This document shows, piece after piece, positions 1-11,047 of a stretch of 64,000 bases of DNA. A program made the translations under genes and the position numbers. Under the pieces are notes generated by a model. The model had not been told where the DNA came from and ran no database searches. It saw only the letters and a program-made list of their open reading frames with translations. The stretch covers positions 2,048,001-2,112,000 of the forward strand of contig CBDCDZ010000004.1 of assembly GCA_965215565.1 (NCBI GenBank). Reading direction: 5' to 3'. Position 1 is the first letter of the stretch; the number at the start of each line of letters is the position of its first letter. The DNA is from Trueperaceae bacterium (GTDB lineage Bacteria > Deinococcota > Deinococci > Deinococcales > Trueperaceae).

Positions 1-6
1 GGGCGT

Positions 7-513
7 TTGGCCCTCGGCACAACCGTTGAAGTCGCGCTCTATGACGGCAACCCCGAGGAAGACGGAAACGTTTTAGAGACGCTGAACTTCACCTACGGCG
101 AGGATAGCGAGGCGGCGTTTGCCGAACAACTCGCTGAAGCGCGGCAAAACGCCCAATATGTCCAAGTCGAGGTGGGCGAGCAGACGCGCACGCTCAACCT
201 CTCGCAAGTCGAGGACTTCGTGGAAGGGCGCGGGCTTTTACCCCGTGAGTTAGCCTTTAGACGCGGCTTGGAGGACGGCGATACCGTCACCGCCACATTT
301 TTTGACGGCGACCCCGAAGCGGGCGGGAGCGAGCAGCAGGCGCTCACCTTTACCTACGGGCAAGACAGCGCGGCAGGTTTTGCGGATAGCTTTACCGACG
401 CCGCGCAAGACGCCTCGTTCGTCACTGTGACGACGAGCCCGCAGAGTTACACAGTAGACCCTTCGGCAAGGGCGGAAAGGGGTCCTCGAGACTTCGGTGG
501 ACGTAGCCGGTAA
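7..513 (+). CDS. Hypothetical acidic protein with an internal tandem domain duplication; probably 5'-truncated by the window edge
   Basis: Two similar segments: VEVALYDGNPEEDGNVLETLNFTYGEDSEAAFAEQ and VTATFFDGDPEAGGSEQQALTFTYGQDSAAGFADS; frame is open to the window start. Confidence 0.75.
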   Translation: MALGTTVEVALYDGNPEEDGNVLETLNFTYGEDSEAAFAEQLAEARQNAQYVQVEVGEQTRTLNLSQVEDFVEGRGLLPRELAFRRGLEDGDTVTATFFDGDPEAGGSEQQALTFTYGQDSAAGFADSFTDAAQDASFVTVTTSPQSYTVDPSARAERGPRDFGGRSR

Positions 514-555
514 ACTTGTCCTCGAGCGGTAAACTGTAAGCGTAAGCAGCGCGGT

Positions 556-583
556 GTAGGGGCGATTCGTGAATCGCCCCTAC
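556..583. repeat. GTAG-type REP-like palindrome
   Basis: GTAGGGGCGATTCGTGAATCGCCCCTAC, 13-bp perfect arms, intergenic. Confidence 0.7.
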
Positions 584-618
584 GAAACGGCGTTGCTGGC
601 AAATGGGAAGGTAAGTGA

Positions 619-1278
619 ATGAGGCTTCTTCTAGTCGAAGACGAACCCAATATCGCCAAGCCCGTGGTGCGCGCCTTAGAAGCGCAGGGTCACAGCGTGC
701 GCCACGCGGCGGACTTGGGGGAGGCTCGGGCGCTCTTTCTCGAGTTCGAGCCCGACCTCATGCTTTTAGACGTGCGTTTGCCCGAAAGTGAAGACGGCGG
801 CTTCATCTTCTCTAACGAGGTGAGGGAGGCGGGCTACAGCGGTCCCATCCTCTTCATGACTGCCCGCGACGCTTTAGAGGACCGCGTGACGGGCTTAGAC
901 GAAGGGGGTGACGACTACGTAGTCAAACCGTTTGATTTGCCCGAGCTGTTAGCGCGGGTGCGGGCGCTTTTGCGGCGCGTGAACGAAACGAAGATGAGTT
1001 TCATCAATAAGGGCGCGTTGACGCTCGATTTGGCGAGCCGCACAGTGCGCTGGGAGAGCGTTCTCGTCAGCCTCTCGAGTCGCGAGTATGCGCTTTTGGA
1101 GCGTTTAGCCCTCTCGCCGGGGCGCGTCTACAGCACGGAAGAGTTGGTGGATTTGGTGTGGGGCGACGAGGTTAGTGACGCGGGCGTGGTCAAGGTCTGC
1201 GTGCATCATCTCAGAAGCAAACTCGGTAAGGACGTCATTCGCACCGTGCCGGGTGGCTACCACTTGGGGCTGGAATGA
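619..1278 (+). CDS. OmpR/PhoB-family response regulator
   Basis: MRLLLVEDE, LLDVRLP phosphoacceptor region, GGDDYVVKPF, C-terminal winged helix ending IRTVPGGY. Confidence 0.95.
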   Translation: MRLLLVEDEPNIAKPVVRALEAQGHSVRHAADLGEARALFLEFEPDLMLLDVRLPESEDGGFIFSNEVREAGYSGPILFMTARDALEDRVTGLDEGGDDYVVKPFDLPELLARVRALLRRVNETKMSFINKGALTLDLASRTVRWESVLVSLSSREYALLERLALSPGRVYSTEELVDLVWGDEVSDAGVVKVCVHHLRSKLGKDVIRTVPGGYHLGLE

Positions 1279-1316
1279 ACGGAAACGTGATGCTTTCAGC
1301 CGAAAAGCTAACGTTG

Positions 1317-1406
1317 ACCACCATGAGTAGAAACGTGATGCTACCACCATGAGTAGAAACGTGATGCTACCACCATGAGTAGAAACGTGATGCTACCACC
1401 ATGAGT
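1317..1406 (+). repeat. 26-bp tandem repeat, 3 full copies plus a 12-bp partial copy
   Basis: ACCACCATGAGTAGAAACGTGATGCT at 1317, 1343 and 1369; partial copy at 1395 contains the kinase ATG. Confidence 0.95.
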
Positions 1407-2729
1407 TTGCGAACACGTCTCGCTCTCTTTATCGCGGTAGCGGTAGCCGTGGCCCTTCTTTTACAGGGCGTTTCAGGGTATCTCGTCTTTCGGCAACAGG
1501 CTTATGCCAGCCTAGATAACGACTTGAGGCTCTATCTCACTCAAGTACGTAGGGCGTTACCACGGAACCAAGGACCCCGGCGAGGCGACTTCGGTTTTCT
1601 GCCGAGAGACTACCTTGCTAAGGTGCGTTTTATCCGTGATGGAGAGGTTATCGCGGCGCAAGACGATTTTCCTGAAGGGATTCCGCTCGAGCTAGGCGAG
1701 CGGCCGCGGACGTACGGCATCTGGCGGGTGGGCAGCCAAACGGAGGACCTGCCAGGCAGAGTCGGCGTAGACCCACTTGACGTCCAAGTCGCGCTCTCCT
1801 CTCGTGACCTCTTGCGCAGCCTAGAGCGCTACCGACGCACCCTCGCCTTTACAGTATTGAGCGTATCAGCACTGGGCGCACTCCTCGCGTTTTGGCTCAG
1901 CCGTCCTGCTTTACGCCCTTTAGAGCACCTTTTGAGTGTGGCGCAGCGCGTCGCCACCTCGGGTAACCTCTCGCTCCGCGTGCCGACGGGGGGCGGCGGC
2001 GAACTCGGCACCCTGAGCGAGACCTTCAACCGAATGCTGTCGCGCCTCGCCGCCTTTAGAGCGCGCGAGAGCGACTTCACCAGAAGCGCATCCCATGAAC
2101 TGCGCACGCCACTCGCCTCGATGACCTTGCACCTGAGTTCGTACCGCGAAGGCTACGCGGACGCCGAGGAGACCGTCGCCGTGTTGGAGGAAGAGGTGGG
2201 GCGCATGACGCACCTCACGGAGGCGCTTTTGACGCTCGCTAGGGAGGGGCGCACGCAGCAGATCGGGGTGGACGCGGCGGGGTTGGCTCGAGAAACCGCC
2301 GAACGAGCAGGCGTCGTCTACCAGGGACCAGCTTCTCTAACCCTTTCAGGTGATCCTATCCTCTTACGTCAAGCCTTGTCGAATCTCATAGAGAACGCGC
2401 AGAAACACGCGCCGGGAACGAAGGTCATTGAGTTGAAAGCTTCTGTAGACGAGGCGCAGCCCTACGCCCTCTTGAGCGTTTCCGACGCCGGGCCGGGCAT
2501 GTCGAGTGAAGAGATGAGGCGAGCCAGTGAAGCGTTCTACCGCGCCCCTGGCACGCGAACGAAGGGGAGCGGTTTAGGGCTTACGGTCGTGGCGCAGGTC
2601 GCGCAGGTGCACGGGGGGAGGCTCGAGCTAAGCCCGAACCATCCTAGCGGCTTACGAGCAACGATGTGGCTGCGCCTCGCTGAGCAAGACGAACCACACC
2701 AAAGCCGCACCCCTCGATTATCAACCTGA
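1401..2729 (+). CDS. HAMP-domain sensor histidine kinase
   Basis: Two TM segments, HAMP, H-box ASHELRTPL, N-box NLIENAQKH, G-boxes DAGPG and GSGLGL. Confidence 0.95.
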   Translation: MSLRTRLALFIAVAVAVALLLQGVSGYLVFRQQAYASLDNDLRLYLTQVRRALPRNQGPRRGDFGFLPRDYLAKVRFIRDGEVIAAQDDFPEGIPLELGERPRTYGIWRVGSQTEDLPGRVGVDPLDVQVALSSRDLLRSLERYRRTLAFTVLSVSALGALLAFWLSRPALRPLEHLLSVAQRVATSGNLSLRVPTGGGGELGTLSETFNRMLSRLAAFRARESDFTRSASHELRTPLASMTLHLSSYREGYADAEETVAVLEEEVGRMTHLTEALLTLAREGRTQQIGVDAAGLARETAERAGVVYQGPASLTLSGDPILLRQALSNLIENAQKHAPGTKVIELKASVDEAQPYALLSVSDAGPGMSSEEMRRASEAFYRAPGTRTKGSGLGLTVVAQVAQVHGGRLELSPNHPSGLRATMWLRLAEQDEPHQSRTPRLST

Positions 2730-2740
2730 ATTCAACTGTG

Positions 2741-2849
2741 GTAGTGGCTCTAAGTCAAATCGTATACTCCTGCTGCTATCTCTACGTGATGAACAAGGGG
2801 TTTCAACCCCTTGTTTTGACACCTGTATCATTCCAGGTAAAGCCACTAC
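2741..2849 (-). repeat. Small dispersed repeat family A (MITE/REPIN-like), copy 1
   Basis: Terminal IR GTAGTGGCT...AGCCACTAC, internal palindrome CAAGGGGTTTCAACCCCTTG; homologous to 10678-10794 and 14148-14261. Confidence 0.85.
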
Positions 2850-2854
2850 TTCAA

Positions 2855-4423
<1,569 letters not shown>

Positions 4424-4650
4424 AAGACCTCCTGGGCTGTCTCGTTTGCAGCCAGGATACATCAAAATGCGGGTCAGGGAAGGGCGCGCAAGCTCTTGTA
4501 CCTGAGCCGGGCATTCTTCCGTAGACCTCTTTCACACGAACCTCTTGGGCCTCAAAGTTCACTCGTAGCACCGCTTCCGAATGCCGCTCGCAGACGTTAT
4601 CTCGAGCAAAGCGTTCTCAACCCGCCGAAACTGCCTTTAGGACAAAATCT

Positions 4651-5604
4651 CTAGGACAGGGTCTCGAAGCGCCCTAGTGCTCTGAATCTCTCATAACGCT
4701 GCTGCAAAAGTTGCTCTTCTGACATCTGAGAGAGCAGCTCTAACTCGCCTCTTACGCGCTCTTTGACGCACTCCAAAGCCGTCTTAGGATCGCGGTGCGC
4801 TCCGCCTACGGGCTCCTTGATCACGCTGTCGATGACGCTTAGCTCCAACAAATCCTTCGCGGTAAGCCGCAGCGCCTCCGCCGCTCTTTCCGCCTCGCCC
4901 GCGTCGCGCCACAAGATGGCGGCGCACGACTCCGGGCTGATCACCGAGTAGATGGCGTTTTCCAACATGAGCACGCGGTTCGCCACGCCGATGGCGAGCG
5001 CCCCGCCCGAGCCGCCCTCACCGATGACGACGGTCACGGCGGGCACTCTGAGCTGGCTCATCCGCTGAATGCTCTCCGCGATGACCCACGCTTGCCCCTG
5101 CTCCTCGGCGGCGATGCCCGGATACGCGCCTGGCGTGTCGATAAAGGTCACAACAGGTAGAGCGAACTTGTCCGCGAGGTCAAACATCCGCATCGCTTTT
5201 CTGTAGCCTGACGGATGCGCCATGCCGAAGTTGCGCTGGATATTCTCCTTGGTATCGCGCCCTTTTTGCTGGGCGAGCACGACGATGCTGCGCCCCTCGA
5301 GTTGTGCGAGTCCCGTCACTAAAGCCGCGTCGTCACCTAACGTCCTATCGCCATGCAACTCGGTGAAGTCCGTGAAGAGGTGTTGCACGTAGTCGAGCCC
5401 CGTCGGACGCCCCGCCGCCCGCGCCACCTGCACGCGCTGCCAACGGGTCAGCCCTGAGAAAATCTCCTCTTTAAGCCGCTCCAGGCGGTTTTCCAAAAGC
5501 CCGATCTCTTCGCTGAGGTCGATGTTTTGCTCCTCGGCGTAGGCGCGCATGTCGCCGATGCGCGCTGCTAAGTCGTCGATCGGTTTTTCAAACGCCAAGG
5601 GCAC
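4651..5604 (-). CDS. accA: Acetyl-CoA carboxylase carboxyltransferase alpha subunit
   Basis: [34 protein letters not shown]. Confidence 0.97.
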   Translation of the reverse strand: MPLAFEKPIDDLAARIGDMRAYAEEQNIDLSEEIGLLENRLERLKEEIFSGLTRWQRVQVARAAGRPTGLDYVQHLFTDFTELHGDRTLGDDAALVTGLAQLEGRSIVVLAQQKGRDTKENIQRNFGMAHPSGYRKAMRMFDLADKFALPVVTFIDTPGAYPGIAAEEQGQAWVIAESIQRMSQLRVPAVTVVIGEGGSGGALAIGVANRVLMLENAIYSVISPESCAAILWRDAGEAERAAEALRLTAKDLLELSVIDSVIKEPVGGAHRDPKTALECVKERVRGELELLSQMSEEQLLQQRYERFRALGRFETLS

Positions 5605-6484
5605 GCGGCGGCTCCTCTTGAGTGTGGTCTTGGACCGAAGGGGTGTTCCTCAGCAGACGGACGTAGCTTGCCAGCTTTGCTTTAAGTTCACCCCGCGGCA
5701 CCACGTCGTCTAGCATCCCTTTTTGCAGCAGAAACTCGGCGCGCTGAAAGCCGTCGGGCAACTCCTGCTTGATGGTCTGCTGGATGACGCGCGGTCCCGC
5801 GAAGCAGATGAGCGCTCCCGGCTCCGCCACGATGATGTCACCGAGCGTCGAGAAGCTCGCGGTGACGCCGCCCGTCGTCGGATCGGTCAAGACGCTGATG
5901 AAGGGGAGGCGCTTTCTGGCGAGGCTTTCTAGGGCGACGGTGGTCTTCGCCATCTGCATGAGCGAGAGCGCGCCCTCTTGCATCCGCGCGCCGCCTGAAG
6001 CGGTCACGGAGATAAAGCTGCGCCCCTCGTCAGCGGCGCGTTCGGCGGCTCTGGCGATCTCCTCGCCGACAACCGAGCCCATTGAGCCGCCCGCGAAGAA
6101 GAAATCCATCACGGCTAGAGCGACAGGTTCGCCCTCCAACCTAGCCGCGCCTGTAATAATCGCGTCAGGTCTGCCTTGCCGCGCCTTGAAGCGCGCCAAA
6201 CGCTCGGGGTAGGGCTCGGTGTCGGTAAAAGAGAGCGAGTCCTGCGCGCCTACCCGCCCGGACCAAGGCTCAAAGGTGTCTGCGTCGGCGAGCATCGCCA
6301 AGCGCGTGTCGGCGGGCATCCTGTAGTGGTGCCCGCACTCGGTGCAGAGCGAGAGGTTCTCCAAGAGGTCCTTGCGGTAAACCTGCGCGTTGCAGCTCTC
6401 ACACTTGAGCCAAAGCCCGGCGGGGCTGTTGTCGTCGTCGCTGCGCGTCGGGCGCTTGCGGCGAAACCAGCGTTCTAAAGTCAT
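5588..6484 (-). CDS. accD: Acetyl-CoA carboxylase carboxyltransferase beta subunit
   Basis: GLWLKCESC zinc finger, [35 protein letters not shown]. Confidence 0.97.
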   Translation of the reverse strand: MTLERWFRRKRPTRSDDDNSPAGLWLKCESCNAQVYRKDLLENLSLCTECGHHYRMPADTRLAMLADADTFEPWSGRVGAQDSLSFTDTEPYPERLARFKARQGRPDAIITGAARLEGEPVALAVMDFFFAGGSMGSVVGEEIARAAERAADEGRSFISVTASGGARMQEGALSLMQMAKTTVALESLARKRLPFISVLTDPTTGGVTASFSTLGDIIVAEPGALICFAGPRVIQQTIKQELPDGFQRAEFLLQKGMLDDVVPRGELKAKLASYVRLLRNTPSVQDHTQEEPPRALGV

Positions 6485-6894
6485 CGTTTACTCCCTGAGC
6501 TGAGCGCGCTCAGCCCCTCTTACTCGCTAAAACAGTTAAGTGGCGGTCTGCGCCGCGTCAATGTGGAGCTATTGTAACAGCACCTTAGCGGCTTTTGTGA
6601 CAATGCACACACATACGCACGATACACACGGGAATCGTGTGTGAAAGATATGCAATTTGCAGGTTGACAGAAGATGTCGGAGAGCTGAAACAAATTCAGC
6701 TCGGCCGCAAGCAGCGGCTCATTGACAAAAGAAGTCTAAACAAAAGAACACGACAAAAAAGAACCTTGAGAGGACCTCCGCCGGGGGGGCAGCGGGGTGC
6801 GGAAGTGCAACCCTCAAAGCTCAGTGTATGTTTTAGCACATCTCGAGCCGTCTGTAAACCCTCGAGCGGTTCCTACTGAACATCTGTGCACAGC

Positions 6895-8052
6895 TCAAAC
6901 GACGTTTTGCTCCACGCGGTCTCTCGGCGGGCTCGAGCCCGCCTCACCTCCCGCAAAGCGCGATAACCGAAAGTCTTTCAGGTCGAACTCGTGCGTGCTC
7001 CCTAAAACTTCCGCCGCCAGGATGTGCCCCGTCGCCGGGCTATGCTGCACGCCGTGACCCGAAAAGCCGCAGACGTTGAAAAAACCGGGTGACGTGTGCG
7101 CCTCGCCTAGGATCGGCAGGTGGTCGGGCGTCACCGCGTAGAGCCCCGCCCAACACGCTTTCGCGTCCAAGCCCGCACGCTCCAAAAAGGGAAAGCGCGG
7201 TAGCGCGAGTTCTAAGAGGTGCTCCAGCCACGCCCAATCCACACCCTGACGCTTACTCGGCGGCTCGCCCTCGTTGGCGAGCCCCATGATGAAGCGCGTT
7301 CCTTCGCTGCGCAGCCACACGCCCGTCTCCACGTCGATCATCAGCGGGCTCGGGTGCGCAAAGTCCGGCAGTGACCCTGTGACGTAGACGTTGCGGCGGT
7401 AGGGCAGAACGGGGAGGTTCAAACCTGCGAGCTTCCCCACCTCTCCCGCGTAAGCGCCCGCCGCGTTCACCACGGCGTCCGCGTAGAACGTCTCCGTGTT
7501 CGTTTCGACGCGCCACTGCCCGCGCTGGAACGAGAGACCTCGCACCTCGGCCTGCAGGTGAAGGCTCGAGCCCTCTTCTTTTGCTCCCCGCAAATAGCCT
7601 ATCGTCACCGCGTGCGGGTCCACCACACCGTCATCCAAACCCAAACTCGCGCCCGCCAGCCCCTCCGTATTCACTGGGAACCGCGCCGCTAACGCCCCTA
7701 CATCCAAGAGGGCGACGCTTGCCCCCATCCTCCGCTGCATCCGCGTCTGAGCTTGCCACGCGCGCCACTGCTCCGGCGAGACGAGAAAGAGGTAGCCCAC
7801 CTTGCGGTAGCCCGCGTCCACGCCCAAGTCTTTTCCAAAGGTGGAGAAGACTTGGGCGCTGTAGCGCGACATCGCGACGTTGACATCGTGGCTGAACTGG
7901 TGCCGGATACCCGCCGCCGACTTACCCGTCGCCTCCGTCCCTGGCGCGGCGGCGCGCTCTAAAACGCGCACCTCCGCGCCCCCTTTCGCCAAGTGATAGG
8001 CGCAACTCGCACCGACGATGCCTGCCCCGATGACAACAACCGCTCTACTCAT
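6895..8052 (-). CDS. FAD-dependent oxidoreductase, DAO/sarcosine oxidase beta-like
   Basis: VVIGAGIVG, VVNAAGAYA, WAGLYAVTPDHLPILG, GFSGHG. Confidence 0.88.
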   Translation of the reverse strand: MSRAVVVIGAGIVGASCAYHLAKGGAEVRVLERAAAPGTEATGKSAAGIRHQFSHDVNVAMSRYSAQVFSTFGKDLGVDAGYRKVGYLFLVSPEQWRAWQAQTRMQRRMGASVALLDVGALAARFPVNTEGLAGASLGLDDGVVDPHAVTIGYLRGAKEEGSSLHLQAEVRGLSFQRGQWRVETNTETFYADAVVNAAGAYAGEVGKLAGLNLPVLPYRRNVYVTGSLPDFAHPSPLMIDVETGVWLRSEGTRFIMGLANEGEPPSKRQGVDWAWLEHLLELALPRFPFLERAGLDAKACWAGLYAVTPDHLPILGEAHTSPGFFNVCGFSGHGVQHSPATGHILAAEVLGSTHEFDLKDFRLSRFAGGEAGSSPPRDRVEQNVV

Positions 8053-8111
8053 TCCCTACTGTAAAACTTTTCACGGTATTTTGTTGAGGCGCGAGAGCGT
8101 ATAGTAAACGA

Positions 8112-9395
8112 ATGCGAGTTTTACGCGGCAAAGAAGAAGCGAAACGCGCGCTGAGGCGCGGGGCAGCAGACGAGGACGCGGCGGCGCGTGACTCGGTCTT
8201 GATGACGCTGCGGCGCGTGCGTGAAAAAGGCGACGCGGCGCTCTTTGAGCTTACAAAGCGGTTTGACGGGGTTGACTTGGACGATGTTCTCGTACCGAAA
8301 GAGGCGTTCGCAGAGGCTGAGCGGTCCGTGTCTCCCGAGCTTGGGCGCGCTATCGGAAAAGCGGCGGCAAGGGTTCGCACCTTTCACGAGAAGCAGCCCT
8401 CGAGCGGCTTTTTGGAGCAGATGGACGGCTCTTTGCTGGGTCAAATCGTGCGCCCCTTAGAGCGCGTGGCGTGTTACGTACCGGGGGGCAGCGCACCTCT
8501 TTTCAGCACGCTCCTCATGACGGCGGTGCCCGCGCAGGTCGCGGGCGTGAAAGAGGTCGTGGTGGCGACGCCGCCGCGTAGAGACGGGAGCGTCGCGCCG
8601 GAGATTTTAGTCGCGGCCTCGCTTTTAGGCCTTACAAAGGTCTACCGGATGGGCGGCGCGCAGGCGGTGGCGGCGCTCGCCTACGGCACCGAGACGGTTC
8701 CCAAAGTGGACAAAATCGTCGGACCAGGCAACCGCTATGTGGTGCTCGCCAAGGGACTCGTCTACGGCGACGTCGGCATCGAATCGCTCCCCGGACCCAC
8801 CGAAACGCTCGTCTTGGCGGACGCTTCCGCTGACGTTCATCACATCGCGGCGGACCTCTTGGCGCAAGCCGAGCACGTAGGGGCGCAACCCGTCCTAGTC
8901 ACGCCGAGTCAACCCCTTTTAGAAGAGGTCGAGAGGGAGATAGAGCGGCAACTTCAGACGCTCTCGACGAGGGAGAGCGCCCAGGAATCGGTGGAGATGC
9001 GCGGCTTCGCGGTGCTCGTTTCGGATATAGATGAAGGCTTAGAAGTCGCCAACGCCTACGCGCCCGAGCACCTCTGCTTGCTCATAGAGGACCCCTGGGT
9101 GAAAGTGCCGCAGGTGGAGCACGCGGGCGGTATCTTTTTGGGCGCGTACAGCATGGAGGCGCTGGGCGACTACGCCGCCGGACCGAGCCACGTGATGCCG
9201 ACAGGTGGGACGGCGCGGTTCTCGAGCGCCGTCAACGTCCGCGACTTTCAAAAGGTCATCCCGCTCGTTAATTTGGGTCAGAAAACGCTGCAAGAGATAG
9301 GACCCTACGCCGCGAAGATGGCGAGGGCCGAAGGGTTAGAAGCGCACGCGAGAGCCATCGAGTCACGCCTCTCTCCCGTAGAGAGCGAGGACTAA
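8112..9395 (+). CDS. hisD: Histidinol dehydrogenase
   Basis: [51 protein letters not shown]. Confidence 0.97.
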   Translation: MRVLRGKEEAKRALRRGAADEDAAARDSVLMTLRRVREKGDAALFELTKRFDGVDLDDVLVPKEAFAEAERSVSPELGRAIGKAAARVRTFHEKQPSSGFLEQMDGSLLGQIVRPLERVACYVPGGSAPLFSTLLMTAVPAQVAGVKEVVVATPPRRDGSVAPEILVAASLLGLTKVYRMGGAQAVAALAYGTETVPKVDKIVGPGNRYVVLAKGLVYGDVGIESLPGPTETLVLADASADVHHIAADLLAQAEHVGAQPVLVTPSQPLLEEVEREIERQLQTLSTRESAQESVEMRGFAVLVSDIDEGLEVANAYAPEHLCLLIEDPWVKVPQVEHAGGIFLGAYSMEALGDYAAGPSHVMPTGGTARFSSAVNVRDFQKVIPLVNLGQKTLQEIGPYAAKMARAEGLEAHARAIESRLSPVESED

Positions 9396-9401
9396 AGCCC
9401 T

Positions 9402-9974
9402 ATGTTTGCTGGACCCGTGCTCCGAGCGGTGGGTGCGCTGCCGCTCTTTTTGCTCGCGGTGACGCTGCAGAGTGCCTTCGGCATCTGGTGGTATCCGGTG
9501 TCGGCGCAACCCGCTTGCGCCGCCGACACGCTCCTCGTCATGGGCGCGGCGCAGTACGACGGGACGCCCTCGCCCGCCTTTGCTAGGAGACTCGACAAAG
9601 CTCTAGACCTGTACAAGCAGGGCTGCGCCGAGCGCGTCGTGGTGACGGGCGGCAAGAGGGAGGGGGACCGCTTCACCGAGGGCGACGCAGGCGCCGCGTA
9701 CCTCTTTGCGCGGGGCGTCCCGGAAGAGGACCTCTTGGCAGAGACGAAGAGCAGGAGCAGTTTTCAAAACCTCAGCCTGAGCCTTCCTCTCATTCGACAC
9801 GACAGCGTCCTCATCGTCACCGACGACATGCACGCCTACCGGACGCAGTGGCTCGCGAGCCACCTAGCACTGGACGCGAGCGTCGCGCCCGTCGAAACGG
9901 GACCGCCCCGCTTGGGCTACGCGCTGCGCGAACTTTCAGGGCTCGTCGCCTACACCTTCGGCGTCTTTCGCTGA
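9402..9974 (+). CDS. YdcF/DUF218 (ElyC/SanA-like) protein
   Basis: VMGAAQY, RLDKALDLY, VTGG, ETKSRSSFQN, IVTDDMH. Confidence 0.85.
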   Translation: MFAGPVLRAVGALPLFLLAVTLQSAFGIWWYPVSAQPACAADTLLVMGAAQYDGTPSPAFARRLDKALDLYKQGCAERVVVTGGKREGDRFTEGDAGAAYLFARGVPEEDLLAETKSRSSFQNLSLSLPLIRHDSVLIVTDDMHAYRTQWLASHLALDASVAPVETGPPRLGYALRELSGLVAYTFGVFR

Positions 9975-9991
9975 CGGCCGGCGTCACCCCT

Positions 9992-10669
9992 ATGATCCGC
10001 AGCGAAACGCTCCAACTTCCCATCTCCTACCGCTATGACCTCGTCATTCCCGAAGAGCCCGCGCCGCTGCTCGTCGCGCTGCACGGTTACGGGCAGAATA
10101 AAGAGGTGGCGCTCCGCTTCGCGCAGCAGGTCCAGAGGCGCACGCAGCGTGACTGGACGCTCGCTGCCCTGCAAGCGCCGCATCCGCACCACATCTATAA
10201 GGAGGACGGTTTGGGCGCAGGCTTTAGCTGGGTCAGCGCGTTCGAGCCCGCCGAGGACGTGCGCAACCACCACCGCTTCTTGTCGCACGTGATAGCGCGC
10301 GCCTATAACGAGGGCTGGACGGACCGTCCCAGCGCCTTTTTGTTCGGCTTCTCGCAGTCGGTGAGCCTGAATTACCGCTTCGCCGCCGCGCATCCCGAGC
10401 GGGTGCGGGGCGTCGTCGCGGTGGCGGGGGCGACGCCGTCGGATTGGGCGAAAGACGAAGCGGTCAGCCTCTCGCCCCCCGCCCTCCACGTCGCGCCGAC
10501 TGAGGATGAGGCGTACCCATTAGAACGGGCTCGAGCCTTTAGAGCGCAGCTAGACGCGAAAGGGGATGACGTGACCTGGTCCGAGTTGCCGGGCAAGCAC
10601 CGCGTTCCGAGCGCGGCGTATCCGCTCATCGCAAGGTGGTTGGAGGAGAGGTTGGCTCGGGGCAGTTGA
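9992..10669 (+). CDS. Alpha/beta hydrolase, phospholipase/carboxylesterase-like
   Basis: LLVALHGYGQ, GFSQS nucleophile elbow, C-terminal Asp and His candidates; start uncertain. Confidence 0.8.
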   Translation: MIRSETLQLPISYRYDLVIPEEPAPLLVALHGYGQNKEVALRFAQQVQRRTQRDWTLAALQAPHPHHIYKEDGLGAGFSWVSAFEPAEDVRNHHRFLSHVIARAYNEGWTDRPSAFLFGFSQSVSLNYRFAAAHPERVRGVVAVAGATPSDWAKDEAVSLSPPALHVAPTEDEAYPLERARAFRAQLDAKGDDVTWSELPGKHRVPSAAYPLIARWLEERLARGS

Positions 10670-10677
10670 ACCTTTGG

Positions 10678-10794
10678 GTAGTGGGTAGGGGCTCGTGGTA
10701 AATGACGCAGGTGTCAAAACAAGGGGTTGAAACCCCTTGTTCATCCCATCGAGATAACAAAAGGAGCACGAGGTAGCCGTCTTAAACCCACGAC
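10678..10794 (+). repeat. Small dispersed repeat family A, copy 2
   Basis: GTAGTGGG...CCCACGAC ends; CAGGTGTCAAAACAAGGGGTTGAAACCCCTTGTTCATC is shared with copy 1 (reverse complement). Confidence 0.8.
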
Positions 10795-10883
10795 TCTATG
10801 TGACAGATTTAGATTTGTGTAACAGACCTCTTCTCCGTGCGGCGTTGGACAAAAGAGAGGCGTTTCCGCTAAACTTAGGCATA

Positions 10884-10937
10884 GTGAATCGCTCGAGAAC
10901 ACCGCGCAGTTTCAAATGGCATCACCAACGCTGGTAG
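10884..10937 (+). CDS. Putative Trp leader peptide MNRSRTPRSFKWHHQRW
   Basis: 17-codon GTG ORF with two Trp codons, 8 nt after a TAAACT -10 box and 110 nt upstream of trpB. Confidence 0.55.
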   Translation: MNRSRTPRSFKWHHQRW

Positions 10938-11047
10938 TGCTAGAAGCCGTTAGCTCTTAGCGGTCAACTCCTAGCTAAAAGCTAAGAGCCGTTTGTAAGT
11001 TTCCACACTTCATATCAATAAAAACCAACCCTTTACCGGAGGTTTTC

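Noticed and set aside
1317..1406. 26-bp direct repeats as a CRISPR array
   Set aside because: Units are head-to-tail with no spacers, and there are no cas genes in the window.
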